The notes: a model not told the origin generated them from the sequence alone. A stretch of 64,000 nt of DNA from a virus (IMGVR_UViG_3300031414_000008:64001-128000), one strand, 5' to 3'. Counted from the stretch's first letter, positions 19,028-29,841 are shown. Numbers and translations are program-made.

Positions 19028-19438
19028 ATGATCATGAATCTGTTCGAAATCGCAACTCGTAAAGCAATCCGTTTCCCTTCTATCAAGGGCGAACTGTCCA
19101 CCGAGCAGCTTTGGCAGCTCCCGCTGACCTCTAAGGTTGGCGTTGACCTGGATACCCTGGCCAAGGGCATCAACAAAGAGCTGAAGAGCACCGAAGAAGA
19201 GTCCTTCGTGGCTACCAACTCTAACCCTCGTCGTAACGACCTGCAGGTCAAGCTGGACATCCTGAAACACATCATCGGTGTGAAACAGGAAGAGATTGCG
19301 GCGGCAACCAAACGTCAGGCGAACGCCGTGGAGCGTCAGAAACTCCAGGAACTGCTGGCCCGTAAGAACGATCAGGCCCTGGAAGCACTGACCCCAGAAC
19401 AGATCGCTGCGAAACTGGCTGCTCTCGACGCAGAGTAA
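19028..19438 (+). CDS. hypothetical coiled-coil protein
   Basis: FPSIKGELSTEQLWQLPL then helical region; terminator follows. Confidence 0.65.
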   Translation: MIMNLFEIATRKAIRFPSIKGELSTEQLWQLPLTSKVGVDLDTLAKGINKELKSTEEESFVATNSNPRRNDLQVKLDILKHIIGVKQEEIAAATKRQANAVERQKLQELLARKNDQALEALTPEQIAAKLAALDAE

Positions 19439-19481
19439 GTTACCCGGCCCTCTTCGGAGGGCCTTTCTCCAAGGAATCCCC

Positions 19482-19952
19482 ATGCTGTTAAAACAAACTG
19501 ATAATAAAGACATTCTCACCGCTGCTGCTGAACTCGCTCGTGAAGAAAAGCCCTACCGTATGAACGCGTCGCTCTCCGTGATTCACTGCCAGGACACTGG
19601 TCGTGTGCTCGTGACGCACCGTGCGAAGGATGGCCAGCTGGGTCTGCCGTGTGGCAAGGCCGATGCCGGTGAAATGACTCTCGAAACGGCCTACCGTGAA
19701 CTGGAAGAAGAAACCGGTGTGCGGAAGGTCGATCTGATTGACGGTCTCGGTTACATGCAGGACATCAACATGTCAGGCTGTATCGTCTCCGTCTATGTTG
19801 GCGTCGTACCGATCGAGCTCAAAGTGGGCCCTGAAGCTGGCTTTGAGAACGAAGGCCCGGCCTCATGGATGAAACCGGAGGATATTGCTAAGACACCGTC
19901 CCGTTTCCAGAACTTCAATACGGTGGTGCTCTTCAACGCCGGACTGATCTAA
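19482..19952 (+). CDS. NUDIX hydrolase
   Basis: PCGKADAGE..ETAYRELEEETG NUDIX box. Confidence 0.85.
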   Translation: MLLKQTDNKDILTAAAELAREEKPYRMNASLSVIHCQDTGRVLVTHRAKDGQLGLPCGKADAGEMTLETAYRELEEETGVRKVDLIDGLGYMQDINMSGCIVSVYVGVVPIELKVGPEAGFENEGPASWMKPEDIAKTPSRFQNFNTVVLFNAGLI

Positions 19953-20273
19953 TGCAATTCTTCATTACCATGGTTGTCTGTGCTCTCCTCCTGTTCATTC
20001 CGGGTGGAGATTACCTTATCTTTCCTGCCATTATGGTGAGCATCTATATCGGCCACCTAAGGAACAAACGTGAGCGTAATAAATCATGATTTTCTCTCAG
20101 TTGGCTGATGGCGCCCGCTTCTGGATCGGCTCTCAGATCTACATCAAGACGCTCGAGGACGGCGGTAATCACAATGCAGTGAACGTGAACAACTCCCGTC
20201 AGACGATCTTCGTACCGGACTTCTTCATGGTCCAAACTGCGTAAAGCCCTTCGGGGCTTTTTTAGGAGCAAAT

Positions 20274-20621
20274 ATGTATAAAGGATGGGGCGTGGGACGT
20301 GAAGTGCCTGCCAAGTATGTCTCCCAGGTCGTCGTTGAGTTGAAGTTCGATCACGGTGATGCAGACGGTACCACTCACGAAGAGCTCAAAGTCGCTCACG
20401 AGGATGTCGTCGAGTGTGCAAACTTCCTGGACCTGTGTGACAATACCGTTCCGGAGTCCGAAGGCGGCCCTGGGTACACGAAGCTGCCGGGCTACGAGAA
20501 GTTTGGGGAGGGCCTCTTCCCACCGGACTTGCACTATTCAGGCATGGCCTCCTTGGCGAGCTACCAATTCTATTACTATAATGGGCACGGCATGAAAAGC
20601 CTTGTCTATCTGGAGAGTTAA
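20274..20621 (+). CDS. hypothetical protein
   Basis: 115 aa ORF, AGGAG RBS. Confidence 0.6.
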   Translation: MYKGWGVGREVPAKYVSQVVVELKFDHGDADGTTHEELKVAHEDVVECANFLDLCDNTVPESEGGPGYTKLPGYEKFGEGLFPPDLHYSGMASLASYQFYYYNGHGMKSLVYLES

Positions 20622-20622
20622 T

Positions 20623-21549
20623 ATGTGGAAAGAACAAGAAGTCCTGACGGGCAGTAACCCGAACGTAATGAAGTTCATCTTTCGTAACGACGACGCCATC
20701 GCGGAGAGCGTGCTGTACCAGTACCCGACGTTCAAAGACCGTACGGTGATGTGTGTGTCAACCCAGACCGGCTGCCCGATGGGCTGCTCCTTCTGCGGTA
20801 CCGGGAAGTTCTTCGGCCGTAATCTACGTGCCGATGAGATCGTGAACCAGGTGCAGTACATGCTGGACATGTTTGACGTCCCGCTGAACGACGTGATCCG
20901 TTCGCAAATCATGTTCATGTCGATGGGTGAACCCCTGCTGAACATGGACGAAATGGTCGGTGCCCTGCTGTTCCTGGCGGATAACTACCCTCGTACCGCC
21001 CTGTTGATCTCGACCTCCGGACCGAAGACGTCGGGATGGATCGACTTCATGGACATCGCCGAGCGTCTGCCGCAGATTGGCCTGCAGTTCTCCGTCCACG
21101 AGTCGACTGACGAAGCCCGCGACCGTCTGATCCCGATGAAGGCCAAGCTGAACCTTGAAGAGATCGCGGCTAAGGGCCTGGAGTTCTACCTCCGGACCAA
21201 GCGTCGTCCGTTCTTCAACTACTGCGTGCACCCAGGGAATGCCTCCGATGCTGACATCGAACGGTTAGAAGCCCTGTTCGATCCAGACGTTTGGTGTGCC
21301 ACCCTCTCGGTCATCTGTGAGAAAGACGAGACGAATGCCGACGCCGTCGCTCGCCACTTAGACCTCGTTCAGGACTTCTCCGGACGTCTGGTCGCTAAAG
21401 GCTACGACACCCGCGTGTTCAACCCGGCTGGCCAGGACGACATCGGCGGCGGTTGCGGGCAACTCTGGCAAGTCCAGAAGTTCGCGGCGGAGCATCCGGA
21501 AATCATGAAGCAATCACCAGGAGATAAGATCCGTGTCCGTGTACAGTGA
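20623..21549 (+). CDS. rlmN: RlmN/Cfr-family radical SAM RNA methyltransferase
   Basis: CVSTQTGCPMGCSFC (CxxxCxxC), FMSMGEPL, QFSVH, GDDI/QDDIGGGCGQL catalytic Cys motif. Confidence 0.85.
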   Translation: MWKEQEVLTGSNPNVMKFIFRNDDAIAESVLYQYPTFKDRTVMCVSTQTGCPMGCSFCGTGKFFGRNLRADEIVNQVQYMLDMFDVPLNDVIRSQIMFMSMGEPLLNMDEMVGALLFLADNYPRTALLISTSGPKTSGWIDFMDIAERLPQIGLQFSVHESTDEARDRLIPMKAKLNLEEIAAKGLEFYLRTKRRPFFNYCVHPGNASDADIERLEALFDPDVWCATLSVICEKDETNADAVARHLDLVQDFSGRLVAKGYDTRVFNPAGQDDIGGGCGQLWQVQKFAAEHPEIMKQSPGDKIRVRVQ

Positions 21550-21850
21550 AATCGTTCTCGGCGAGCCGTGTATTCGCCCCATCCACTTCAATAAGTATGA
21601 GTTCTTCGTCCAGTTCGCCACCGGTGAGTGTGACATCGTGGTGGTCAACCCGGCGCTAGGCCTCTCTACGGCGAACCTGCTGGAACAAGCAAAAGCGCTC
21701 AGCGGAGAGGATGCGTACGAACTCCTGAAGGGGCAGTTATCGTTGGATTGGCCGGTGAATTTGGGCTCGGGTGATTGGGCTGACCTTTCATCTTTTGACA
21801 TGTTCTACTACAACTTCAAGGGTGTGAAGCAGAACGTTATTCTTAAGTAA
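21533..21850 (+). CDS. hypothetical protein
   Basis: 105 aa ORF. Confidence 0.55.
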   Translation: MSVYSEIVLGEPCIRPIHFNKYEFFVQFATGECDIVVVNPALGLSTANLLEQAKALSGEDAYELLKGQLSLDWPVNLGSGDWADLSSFDMFYYNFKGVKQNVILK

Positions 21851-21958
21851 TTGTTACAAAGGCCCTTTCGGACCATTCCGGAAGGGTTTCCCTAACTAAA
21901 ATTATAAAATCCTTAGAGGATCCGACGTTCTTAACAAATTAACAACAGGAGACACCTT

Positions 21959-22555
21959 ATGTACGCCAACGACATCGTAGTCTCGACCAAAAAGTTGCAG
22001 CATTTCGGCTTCCGGTCAAAGATCTACGCTTATTTCTTCCTCTGTGCCTCGACCATGTCCCTCGTTCTTTGGGCGATACTGGATGGAGCACAATCCATTA
22101 ACACTATCCTCACGGGTGTGTGCATGCTGCTGATCCCGACCGCCGTCTACCTCTCCGGAGCGATGGTTGAACGGATGACTGACAAAATCCTCAAGTGTCA
22201 GGTCTCTTCGGCTGACGAGTTCGACACATCCTTCCGAGGCCCCTTCTCGGGAATCTCCTGGGTGATCTTCTCGTTAACGTTCTTTTTAGCCTCAGCGGAA
22301 GTGCTCTTCGACTTCTACTTCGAACGTGCTTTCGGCATGTATTCGCTCTTCTTAGTGACGTTCACGCTGATCTGGCTAGGCCGCTTCTACGCTTACTTCC
22401 GTTTCCTCAAGCGTTCCGTCATGGAGCTGCGTGAGCACACGGACAGTCTGTGTCTCTCGACCGTACCGCGGAACAAACGGGCGATCGTAGAGGAAGTGCA
22501 ACGGGGGAATACCGAGACCCTGGTGGATAAACGAGACGATTTGTCGTCCCTATAA
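21959..22555 (+). CDS. four-TM membrane protein
   Basis: four hydrophobic segments. Confidence 0.65.
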   Translation: MYANDIVVSTKKLQHFGFRSKIYAYFFLCASTMSLVLWAILDGAQSINTILTGVCMLLIPTAVYLSGAMVERMTDKILKCQVSSADEFDTSFRGPFSGISWVIFSLTFFLASAEVLFDFYFERAFGMYSLFLVTFTLIWLGRFYAYFRFLKRSVMELREHTDSLCLSTVPRNKRAIVEEVQRGNTETLVDKRDDLSSL

Positions 22556-22597
22556 ACCCCAAAAATTGGTATAAGTAACACGTAATGGAGGAGTATT

Positions 22598-23260
22598 ATG
22601 AAAATTACGTGTGACTACGGCGAGTTCGAATTGTTCACTTACCGTGAGCCGGGCTCAAAACGCATTAACCGAGCGGTATCAGTGGATTCACTGGTGCACT
22701 CCCTGAAACTCTCCCTGAAGCGTCTACCGAATGGACCTGATGTCCGCTATGTAGACCTTGAGGGTAGAGTACTTGTCCCGATCCAGAATCTCAACACGTG
22801 GTTAGCGGTCGTCAAGGCAGATCCGGTGGTTATCAACCAACTGAGTCTGCACCTGTCAGACCGGATCAGCCGCGACGTCGGATTCCTCTCCTACGCCCAT
22901 ATCCATCTGCAAGAAGCGTTGACCGCCCTCGGTGGGTATTACACTGAGACGGGGCTCGACGCAGAGTATCCTGTGGACGAAGTGGAAGACTCGCTCTATG
23001 AGATCTTCTGCGAGTTCCTGCAGACGGGTGAATACGATCCGCTTCTCATGAAGATGGACGGACGGGAAATGAGTGAAGCAGAAGCGTGGGGACTCTCCAT
23101 CATGGAGACCACCGCAGGTCGGCTCATTCACCAGTTCATCAACGAGAAGATGGATCCGGAGTACATCCTGCTCTTCCTGCAGATTCAGCTGAAAGAGAAG
23201 GTGTTTATGATCGGCGAACAGGTACGGGAGATGGCTCAAACCTTCACGGCGCCTGAATGA
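22598..23260 (+). CDS. hypothetical protein, possibly a diverged antirepressor-N-like domain
   Basis: VSVDSLVHSL...VLVPIQNLNTWL; follows a GGTATAAGTA motif. Confidence 0.55.
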   Translation: MKITCDYGEFELFTYREPGSKRINRAVSVDSLVHSLKLSLKRLPNGPDVRYVDLEGRVLVPIQNLNTWLAVVKADPVVINQLSLHLSDRISRDVGFLSYAHIHLQEALTALGGYYTETGLDAEYPVDEVEDSLYEIFCEFLQTGEYDPLLMKMDGREMSEAEAWGLSIMETTAGRLIHQFINEKMDPEYILLFLQIQLKEKVFMIGEQVREMAQTFTAPE

Positions 23261-23889
23261 AGATTATCGCGAAGATGTGGCATTCGCTCCTGGACACTGA
23301 TGGCCAGAAGTGGGTGCTCGCAGAGCATTTACCGGAACTAAAGGACCCAGCGATTCAGTCTGGGATTATCAACCTGGAAGACCTCCCAGCTCTACTCGAG
23401 AGACACGGGCTAGAAGGGGTCTACAACGCGTTCTACGAGGAGATCTACCGTGACTGGCACGTGTGGTTCGACTCGAGATCAAAAGTCCCTGAGGGCCCTT
23501 CTAGAGGCTCTAATAGGGAGGCATTGCAAGTACTTGATAAAGCGCTAGTAATTTACGAACGCTATTATGCCATTCAATCGGGAAAGGATTGCCCGATCAC
23601 GATGGACTATCTCTACACACACTTCATGCAAATCATGGGTCTTGAACGTAATGTTGAGTGGGACGATCTGTCCCAATGGGAGCTTAACTTACTGACGACG
23701 ATCGAGATGAGCTTTGCTGGGCTGTTACTGTCGTACCTAAGCGGGCCTATGGAAATCGAGCCTGACGATCTGGTGCCGATGGTATTGGCTAAATTGCAGC
23801 AACTCTTCTCTGGTGTCGCCGTCGCCATGACGTATGCGGTGGAAACCATTGCCGATAACTTTAATGAATTTAACGAGGAATACCACTAA
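23257..23889 (+). CDS. hypothetical protein
   Basis: 210 aa ORF. Confidence 0.6.
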   Translation: MKIIAKMWHSLLDTDGQKWVLAEHLPELKDPAIQSGIINLEDLPALLERHGLEGVYNAFYEEIYRDWHVWFDSRSKVPEGPSRGSNREALQVLDKALVIYERYYAIQSGKDCPITMDYLYTHFMQIMGLERNVEWDDLSQWELNLLTTIEMSFAGLLLSYLSGPMEIEPDDLVPMVLAKLQQLFSGVAVAMTYAVETIADNFNEFNEEYH

Positions 23890-24479
23890 TGTACGATATC
23901 TATACGAAGGCACTAGCCGTTCTGGAGGTCCTTGAATGGGCCGAACGTAACCTCCACCGCAACCGCCCGGTTCGCATCGTTCATCGCCTGAAACGTGAAG
24001 GTCTCCTGAAAGAAGGGACCGTGGCGTATCTGGTCGACGCACTGCGTCCGAATGAGGCCCTGCGTTTCCGTAACGCAATGGCCACCATCGAAACCCACAT
24101 GGCACGTCTCAACCCGGTCGATCGTGATTTCGTCCGTATTGAAGGTCCGGCGACGACAGGCTTCTACATGGCCTACTTAGAAGATCACCACAAGATCATC
24201 TACCTGGCGCGTCGTATCTTCATCGGTGAGCGTCGCTTCCCAGGGATTGCCCCGGAACTTGTTGAAGTAGCGTCATCTCTGGTAACATCTGCGGTATGGG
24301 TCGCTAAGGTGCTGTTGCCTGAAGTGGACCCCCTGCTGCGGGGACCAATCACTAGCCGACTCTCAGCACTCCTGTACGCTGCCGAAGTTCGGTTGGAAGG
24401 TACGCCGGCCCCGACAGAGTATCTACACCAGATTCAACGGCTGAATCTAGACATGCAGTCCTCACGGGCAGCGATGTAA
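23889..24479 (+). CDS. hypothetical protein
   Basis: 196 aa ORF. Confidence 0.6.
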   Translation: MYDIYTKALAVLEVLEWAERNLHRNRPVRIVHRLKREGLLKEGTVAYLVDALRPNEALRFRNAMATIETHMARLNPVDRDFVRIEGPATTGFYMAYLEDHHKIIYLARRIFIGERRFPGIAPELVEVASSLVTSAVWVAKVLLPEVDPLLRGPITSRLSALLYAAEVRLEGTPAPTEYLHQIQRLNLDMQSSRAAM

Positions 24480-24515
24480 CACCAAGCGGGGATCTCCCCG
24501 CTTTTTACGGAGAAA

Positions 24516-25394
24516 ATGATGGAACTCACCCTTAAGAAACCTGAACTTCGCGTCTTCTATTGCTCTGATCTGCACTCTGACTTCTGGAAATACAGCGTCG
24601 CCCCGTTCTTCGACCGTGTGTCTGCGGAGGACTACGACCTCTTCATTTTCGCCGGCGACGTCGGGGAGTGGGTGGATGATAACTGCCGGGAAATCTACGA
24701 GTGCATCCTTGCCCACGGTAAACCAATCCTGATGGTGCCCGGGAACCACGAGTTCTACCGCGGGGAGTACCACAAAGTGATGGACGAACTGGGCAAGTTC
24801 GCTGAAGACAACCCGCTCTTTTACCTCCTTGAGGACAACTTCGTCGACCTGACCGAGCAGAAGATTCGCGTGTGGGGCTCGACGTTCTGGACTGACTTCC
24901 AGGGTGACCCGCTGGCGATCTCCGTGGCGAAGCGTCGCATGAACGATTACCGTCAGATCTACTTCCAGCGTCCGTCAGGTGGTGTGCTGCTCGAGCCGGA
25001 GGATACGGTCGTGATGAATGACCGGGCCCGCACCTCCCTCGTGGAACAGTCTAAGGACCTGCCGGAGGGTTGGCGTCTCGTGGTCGTGACCCATCACGCT
25101 CCGTTCCGAGAGTCGACACCGAAGCAATACCGGATGCCGGAATACATGGAAGGCGCCAAGATGAACAAGGCGTACTCCAACGACCTCTACGACTGGTGTG
25201 AACGCAAGGGTGTCTACCCGGAGCTCTGGATTCACGGGCACATCCATGATCGGGCGAACTATACCGTCGAATGGGATAACGGGAAGGCGTGCACCGTGCA
25301 GTCCAACCCGTTCGGGTATCCGGGCGAACAGAACCATGATGCGATCAAAAAGCACTTCCTGACGTTCTCAAAGAATGGCGTAACGGTGGTATAA
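24516..25394 (+). CDS. calcineurin-like metallophosphoesterase
   Basis: SDLH, AGD, PGNHE, THHAP, HGHIH motifs. Confidence 0.88.
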   Translation: MMELTLKKPELRVFYCSDLHSDFWKYSVAPFFDRVSAEDYDLFIFAGDVGEWVDDNCREIYECILAHGKPILMVPGNHEFYRGEYHKVMDELGKFAEDNPLFYLLEDNFVDLTEQKIRVWGSTFWTDFQGDPLAISVAKRRMNDYRQIYFQRPSGGVLLEPEDTVVMNDRARTSLVEQSKDLPEGWRLVVVTHHAPFRESTPKQYRMPEYMEGAKMNKAYSNDLYDWCERKGVYPELWIHGHIHDRANYTVEWDNGKACTVQSNPFGYPGEQNHDAIKKHFLTFSKNGVTVV

Positions 25395-25422
25395 GTAAGT
25401 TGTAAACCACAGGAGAAACATC

Positions 25423-25794
25423 ATGATTACTGCACTAGTATTTACTATCGTGCTGAACGGCGCCGAGGCTAAATTCGGCTATGATTATCCGAATGAAATG
25501 GCCTGCAACTCAGCAATCTCTCGTGTCGCCTTCTCGGGCACCGGGAATCAAAATGTCGAACTGGAGTGTCAACCGACCGTACCGGGTGCACCGGGCGTGA
25601 AGCCGACCTCTGATTGGCAAGCTATTGGCGTCGCTCTGCATGCGAATACTGTGCAGTTCGCCGAACGTCCGATGAACGTCGGTACCTATCCTGACGGTGC
25701 GTCCTGCGAGGAGTTACTCAAACGGGCTACCGTCAAGAAGGCCGGGCTTGGCGGATACGATATTCTCACCATTTGTGTACCTAAGGCTGGATAA
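25423..25794 (+). CDS. secreted protein with two Cys-pair repeats
   Basis: signal-like N-terminus; YP..aC...C repeated twice. Confidence 0.55.
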   Translation: MITALVFTIVLNGAEAKFGYDYPNEMACNSAISRVAFSGTGNQNVELECQPTVPGAPGVKPTSDWQAIGVALHANTVQFAERPMNVGTYPDGASCEELLKRATVKKAGLGGYDILTICVPKAG

Positions 25795-26486
25795 TGAAAT
25801 CGCAAACCTTCCGCCGCGGCGAGCACGTCAGCATTGACGGCGGACCCGGCGTCGTGACCTTCCTGGACGAAACAGGAAGTACGGTCTTCGTTGACATGCG
25901 TAGTCTGATCGAACAGATTGGCCTACCGCTCATCGAAGAGAGTGACCGGTTGCAGAACGACGGGCCTCTTATCGAGGCTCTTCACTTAACGTTCGACTTC
26001 ACGTATCTGAACGGATACAAACAGAAGTCGCTCTTCTGCCCGCTCGATCTCGTCAACGACTACCTTTACTCAGTACCGATCAACAAACTCCGTCCGGATG
26101 CCGCCGGCAACCTGCAGTTCTATCGCCAGCGCTTCGCTATCGAGGCAGACCGTCACTGGTCTCGCCTTGAGAAGTCGGAGGCGGTCAGCAATCCTTTAGA
26201 CTGGGGCCGATTGATCATCGGACAGCGTCGCTATCAGGTAACCCAGGCGGTTAAACCCCTGGACGGTGACGCGGGCGCTGTGTTCGACCTGTGTATCCGA
26301 GCGGTGGCCGATCGGCCGAAGCCAACGGATGCCCTGGATTCCCGGGAGCTCGACCTCTTGGCATTAGCACTCTCACTGTCCCTGGACGTCCTCCGCTTCT
26401 GTATCGAGAACGGTCAAGACTTCGGGACTGCCCTTCAAAACATTCAGGATGGCCTGGAAGAACACATCCGGCCTTGGAATTTCTAA
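25794..26486 (+). CDS. P22 antirepressor N-terminal-like domain protein
   Basis: VDMRSLIEQIGL...CPLDLVNDYLYSV..NK. Confidence 0.6.
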   Translation: MKSQTFRRGEHVSIDGGPGVVTFLDETGSTVFVDMRSLIEQIGLPLIEESDRLQNDGPLIEALHLTFDFTYLNGYKQKSLFCPLDLVNDYLYSVPINKLRPDAAGNLQFYRQRFAIEADRHWSRLEKSEAVSNPLDWGRLIIGQRRYQVTQAVKPLDGDAGAVFDLCIRAVADRPKPTDALDSRELDLLALALSLSLDVLRFCIENGQDFGTALQNIQDGLEEHIRPWNF

Positions 26487-26804
26487 TGGATATGCATTCT
26501 TTCGTTCAACACAAACCGGTATCGGAGGGTCCGGTTCGTCTGGACTCTCTGAAGGAGTATGACTTCTTCCGCAAGAGCCATGATGGCCCGATCTACCGAC
26601 GCCTCTTCAAGCACGGCGATATGATGGCAACCCTGAATACTCGTAACTTGAAGACAATCATGATGGAATTCCACGAACCTGTTTTTGAGGTCATCGTCAA
26701 CGCCATCGAACTGAAAATTCAAATTGTGGATTTCCCATGCAAATCGAAGTGAATATCAAACCTGCAGAGGTCAAATCTCTCAAACTCGAACTGGAGCTCG
26801 AATA

Positions 26805-27050
26805 ATGCTGCCCCGCTCATTCTGGATTGTCTTCGTCATCTTCTTGTGCCTCTTAGCGTGGGACGCTTGGGCTGACGATAAGAACACGCACTATTGTATT
26901 CAAATGGATAACGGCAGCAAGACGGTGACGCAGTGCCAGAACAGTACGGTTACCATCGTGGACAGTTTCAGCGATAAGGTTGTCGTCTGTTCGACCAACC
27001 CTTCTGAAACCCCTCGTTGCCAGACTTTGGCATTTAAGGAGAAGAAATGA
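26805..27050 (+). CDS. small secreted or membrane protein
   Basis: hydrophobic N-terminus, four Cys in the soluble part. Confidence 0.5.
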   Translation: MLPRSFWIVFVIFLCLLAWDAWADDKNTHYCIQMDNGSKTVTQCQNSTVTIVDSFSDKVVVCSTNPSETPRCQTLAFKEKK

Positions 27051-27285
27051 CGCAGGTTAACACGGACTACGTGAATCTCGGTCCCGAGGTAAAGGCCCTC
27101 ACCGCACTGAAAGTCAACGAGTTTTTCCAGTTCCCGGAGGACGGATGCGTGTACCGCGTGATTCATAAAGGTACCGAGGACGCCCTGTGCCTCGATCTTA
27201 CCGATCTCCGGGCGAGCATCTTCAAGTTGGACATGGACGTTGAACCTCGCGAAGTCAACAAGATCGACATCAAGGTGGAGCTCCT

Positions 27286-27888
27286 ATGAACTACGAGATC
27301 CACCTCACGGTACCGGTCGATCCAGAGAAGCCTGAACAGCTCGAGAAGTTCAAGAGCGTGTGTGTGGACCTCGGCGTCAAGGCGATCATCATCGATGCGA
27401 ACCCACTGACTGACGTCATGACCTCCTTCAAGATGCAGACGGACGATCAGAATGCCGTGTTCACGGAGATGGCCCGTCAGATGCTAGTCTTGGGCACCTT
27501 TGGGTTCCGAGCCATCCGGACGAAGGTCGAGACTGACCTGACGCACCCGTCTGCTATGACACCGCTGCCGAATCAGTATTTCGAGTCCCATCTCCAGGTC
27601 TGGGTTCGGGATGATCAGCTTGAGGACTTGAAGGACTTGGCCCATGGCCTGGACTTCTACGTCTCACGCAATGCGTTCAAGGCACCGGTCGACGGGCGTC
27701 ACATTCGCATGATCACCGTACGTCAGTACCACACGACGCCGGATCGCTTCACTACTCGCATCACCGCTCTTCGCAAAGTTCTGCCTGGACAAGGCTATGA
27801 CTTCGCTAAGGATATGGAAATCGAGTTCGCCCTGTTCGATTCAAACTCTTCGCACGACACCCCTTGGATTGAATCTCGGGGGTGGTAA
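27286..27888 (+). CDS. hypothetical protein
   Basis: 200 aa ORF followed by a terminator. Confidence 0.65.
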   Translation: MNYEIHLTVPVDPEKPEQLEKFKSVCVDLGVKAIIIDANPLTDVMTSFKMQTDDQNAVFTEMARQMLVLGTFGFRAIRTKVETDLTHPSAMTPLPNQYFESHLQVWVRDDQLEDLKDLAHGLDFYVSRNAFKAPVDGRHIRMITVRQYHTTPDRFTTRITALRKVLPGQGYDFAKDMEIEFALFDSNSSHDTPWIESRGW

Positions 27889-28161
27889 ACGCAGGGAAGC
27901 TTCGGCTTCCTTTTAGGAGGAATTATGAGTGTTCACTTAGAGATTTACCTTCGCTTGCGTCAACTGGAGCTCGCCCTGGCAGTACCCGGAGCGCTCGAAA
28001 ACTTACGGGACGTGAACGGTAACGCTCTCGGGTTCACGATCAGGATATCCGAGGCGATTGACAACTACGAGCTGGCCTACCCGTACCTAAAACAACCCTC
28101 CCCTCGGGATAAGCAGTCAATCTGACGGACCGACGATGGTATAAGTATCTTGGAGGTACTT

Positions 28162-29010
28162 ATGATTCCCTATCAACCTGAAGATCTACGAGCGGTCAAT
28201 TTCCATGGCCGTCTCATCTATGTATTGAAGTACCCCGACTGGGAAGAAGAGGCTGTGGTCATCAACCACATCATTGACCAGCTCGGGCTTGGCCACCAGA
28301 AAGAAGACTTACTGTATCAAACCATCTACGACACAAAGTTCCTGACTCAGGTCGTGCACGTGGAAGATCAGGGTACCACCCATGAGCTCGTCGTCGTGCC
28401 GATCACGAAGCTCAACGCGTGGCTGTTCTCACTAAGACTCCAGAAGGATGTCCAACAGATGTGGTTCACCCAAGAGGTGATCACGGAAGATGGCGAGATT
28501 CAGGAGGACCGTGTGAACGTCCTGGAGAACCTGAAACGTTATCAATCTGAGTGTTGTGCCGTGCTGTATTCATATTGGCACAACGGCATGGCGATTAACC
28601 CTAATGCCGGGCAACCGTTCGCGGGGCTCACGAGTCTGTGGCGGGCGGCACGGGTTAACCGGGAGAAAGTGCTGGCGGTATTCTCAGAGTACGCAGAGCA
28701 ACAGGGCGAGGATTACTCGATCAAAACCCTGCGATACGGCGTTAATAACCTGCTCTGTGAGTTCTTCCCACAGTCGCTCGTGATCAAACCTGAGGATTCT
28801 CAGGATGGCTTCGCACTGTATCGTCTGGCTCTGGCCGAAGACTATATCGCACGGTATCTCAACCAAGCGATAGAAGACCAGCTGTCTCCGACGCAGGTTA
28901 TCAGCACGCTGGACACCGATATGATCGCAGCCTTCCACAAGATCGCCGCCGGCTTACTCGAGGCAGTGAACGAGTGGAGCCTGTCAATACCTGGCCAAAA
29001 GCCGGTATAA
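28162..29010 (+). CDS. P22 antirepressor N-terminal-like domain protein
   Basis: IIDQLGL...VPITKLNAWLFSL...YQSECCAVLYSYW.NG.AINP. Confidence 0.7.
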   Translation: MIPYQPEDLRAVNFHGRLIYVLKYPDWEEEAVVINHIIDQLGLGHQKEDLLYQTIYDTKFLTQVVHVEDQGTTHELVVVPITKLNAWLFSLRLQKDVQQMWFTQEVITEDGEIQEDRVNVLENLKRYQSECCAVLYSYWHNGMAINPNAGQPFAGLTSLWRAARVNREKVLAVFSEYAEQQGEDYSIKTLRYGVNNLLCEFFPQSLVIKPEDSQDGFALYRLALAEDYIARYLNQAIEDQLSPTQVISTLDTDMIAAFHKIAAGLLEAVNEWSLSIPGQKPV

Positions 29011-29064
29011 GAGTTATGTAAGGGGACACTGTCGTCCCCTAATTTTTTCAACCAAGGAGACATC

Positions 29065-29841
29065 ATGTCTGTTCATTTCCTTCTGCAACAAATCCACAAA
29101 GTAAACGTTCTGGGCACCACTGTAGCTGTTCTGGTCGACGACAAGGGTAACCCGACGGTAGCCCTGCAGACTATCGTTGACGCGATTGGCCTGCCGTTCG
29201 GTCCTGAATTCGATCGCCTGAAAGCGGACCGTCGCTTCGGTGCTCAGCGCCTGACCGTACGTACCAACCAGGGCGAAACCATCGATGAAGTGGTGCTGCC
29301 GCTGACCAAACTGCACGCCTTCCTGTTCACCGTTGACTCCTCTCAGATCGACGCCGTGGCCGCCGCCCGTCTGGAACTCTTCCAGTTGGAGTGCGTGGAC
29401 GTGCTGAACGACTACTGGAACAAAGGCGTGGCGCTGAACCTGCGTCAGGAGATGGGTAACACTGAAGCGGTTAACTACCGTGACGCCCGTAAGCTGTCCC
29501 GTCCGGCTCTGGTCGAAGCAGTGAAACGTCTGTGCTCCTACGCGACAGCGTCCGGCGTGACTCTGGACGAAGACGATGCGTATCACTCTCTGATCTGCTT
29601 CTGCTGGGACCGTCTGGGTCGTGGCCCGATGAAGGCGGAAACCGAAGAAGTCGACACCAAGTTCTACGGTTACGACTCTTACCTGCTGGCCGCTATGGAG
29701 CGCTCTGCGGTGCGTCTGATCGACCTGGTTATCCAGGAAGAGCAGCCGGTTGGCGAAGTTCTGCAGTATCTGCACGAGCAGATCGAGAATGACCTGGCTA
29801 AGATCGGTGAGCGTGCGTTCGAAGTGCTGGAAGCGAAATAA
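29065..29841 (+). CDS. P22 antirepressor N-terminal-like domain protein
   Basis: IVDAIGL...LPLTKLHAFLFTV...FQLECVDVLNDYWNKG. Confidence 0.78.
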   Translation: MSVHFLLQQIHKVNVLGTTVAVLVDDKGNPTVALQTIVDAIGLPFGPEFDRLKADRRFGAQRLTVRTNQGETIDEVVLPLTKLHAFLFTVDSSQIDAVAAARLELFQLECVDVLNDYWNKGVALNLRQEMGNTEAVNYRDARKLSRPALVEAVKRLCSYATASGVTLDEDDAYHSLICFCWDRLGRGPMKAETEEVDTKFYGYDSYLLAAMERSAVRLIDLVIQEEQPVGEVLQYLHEQIENDLAKIGERAFEVLEAK

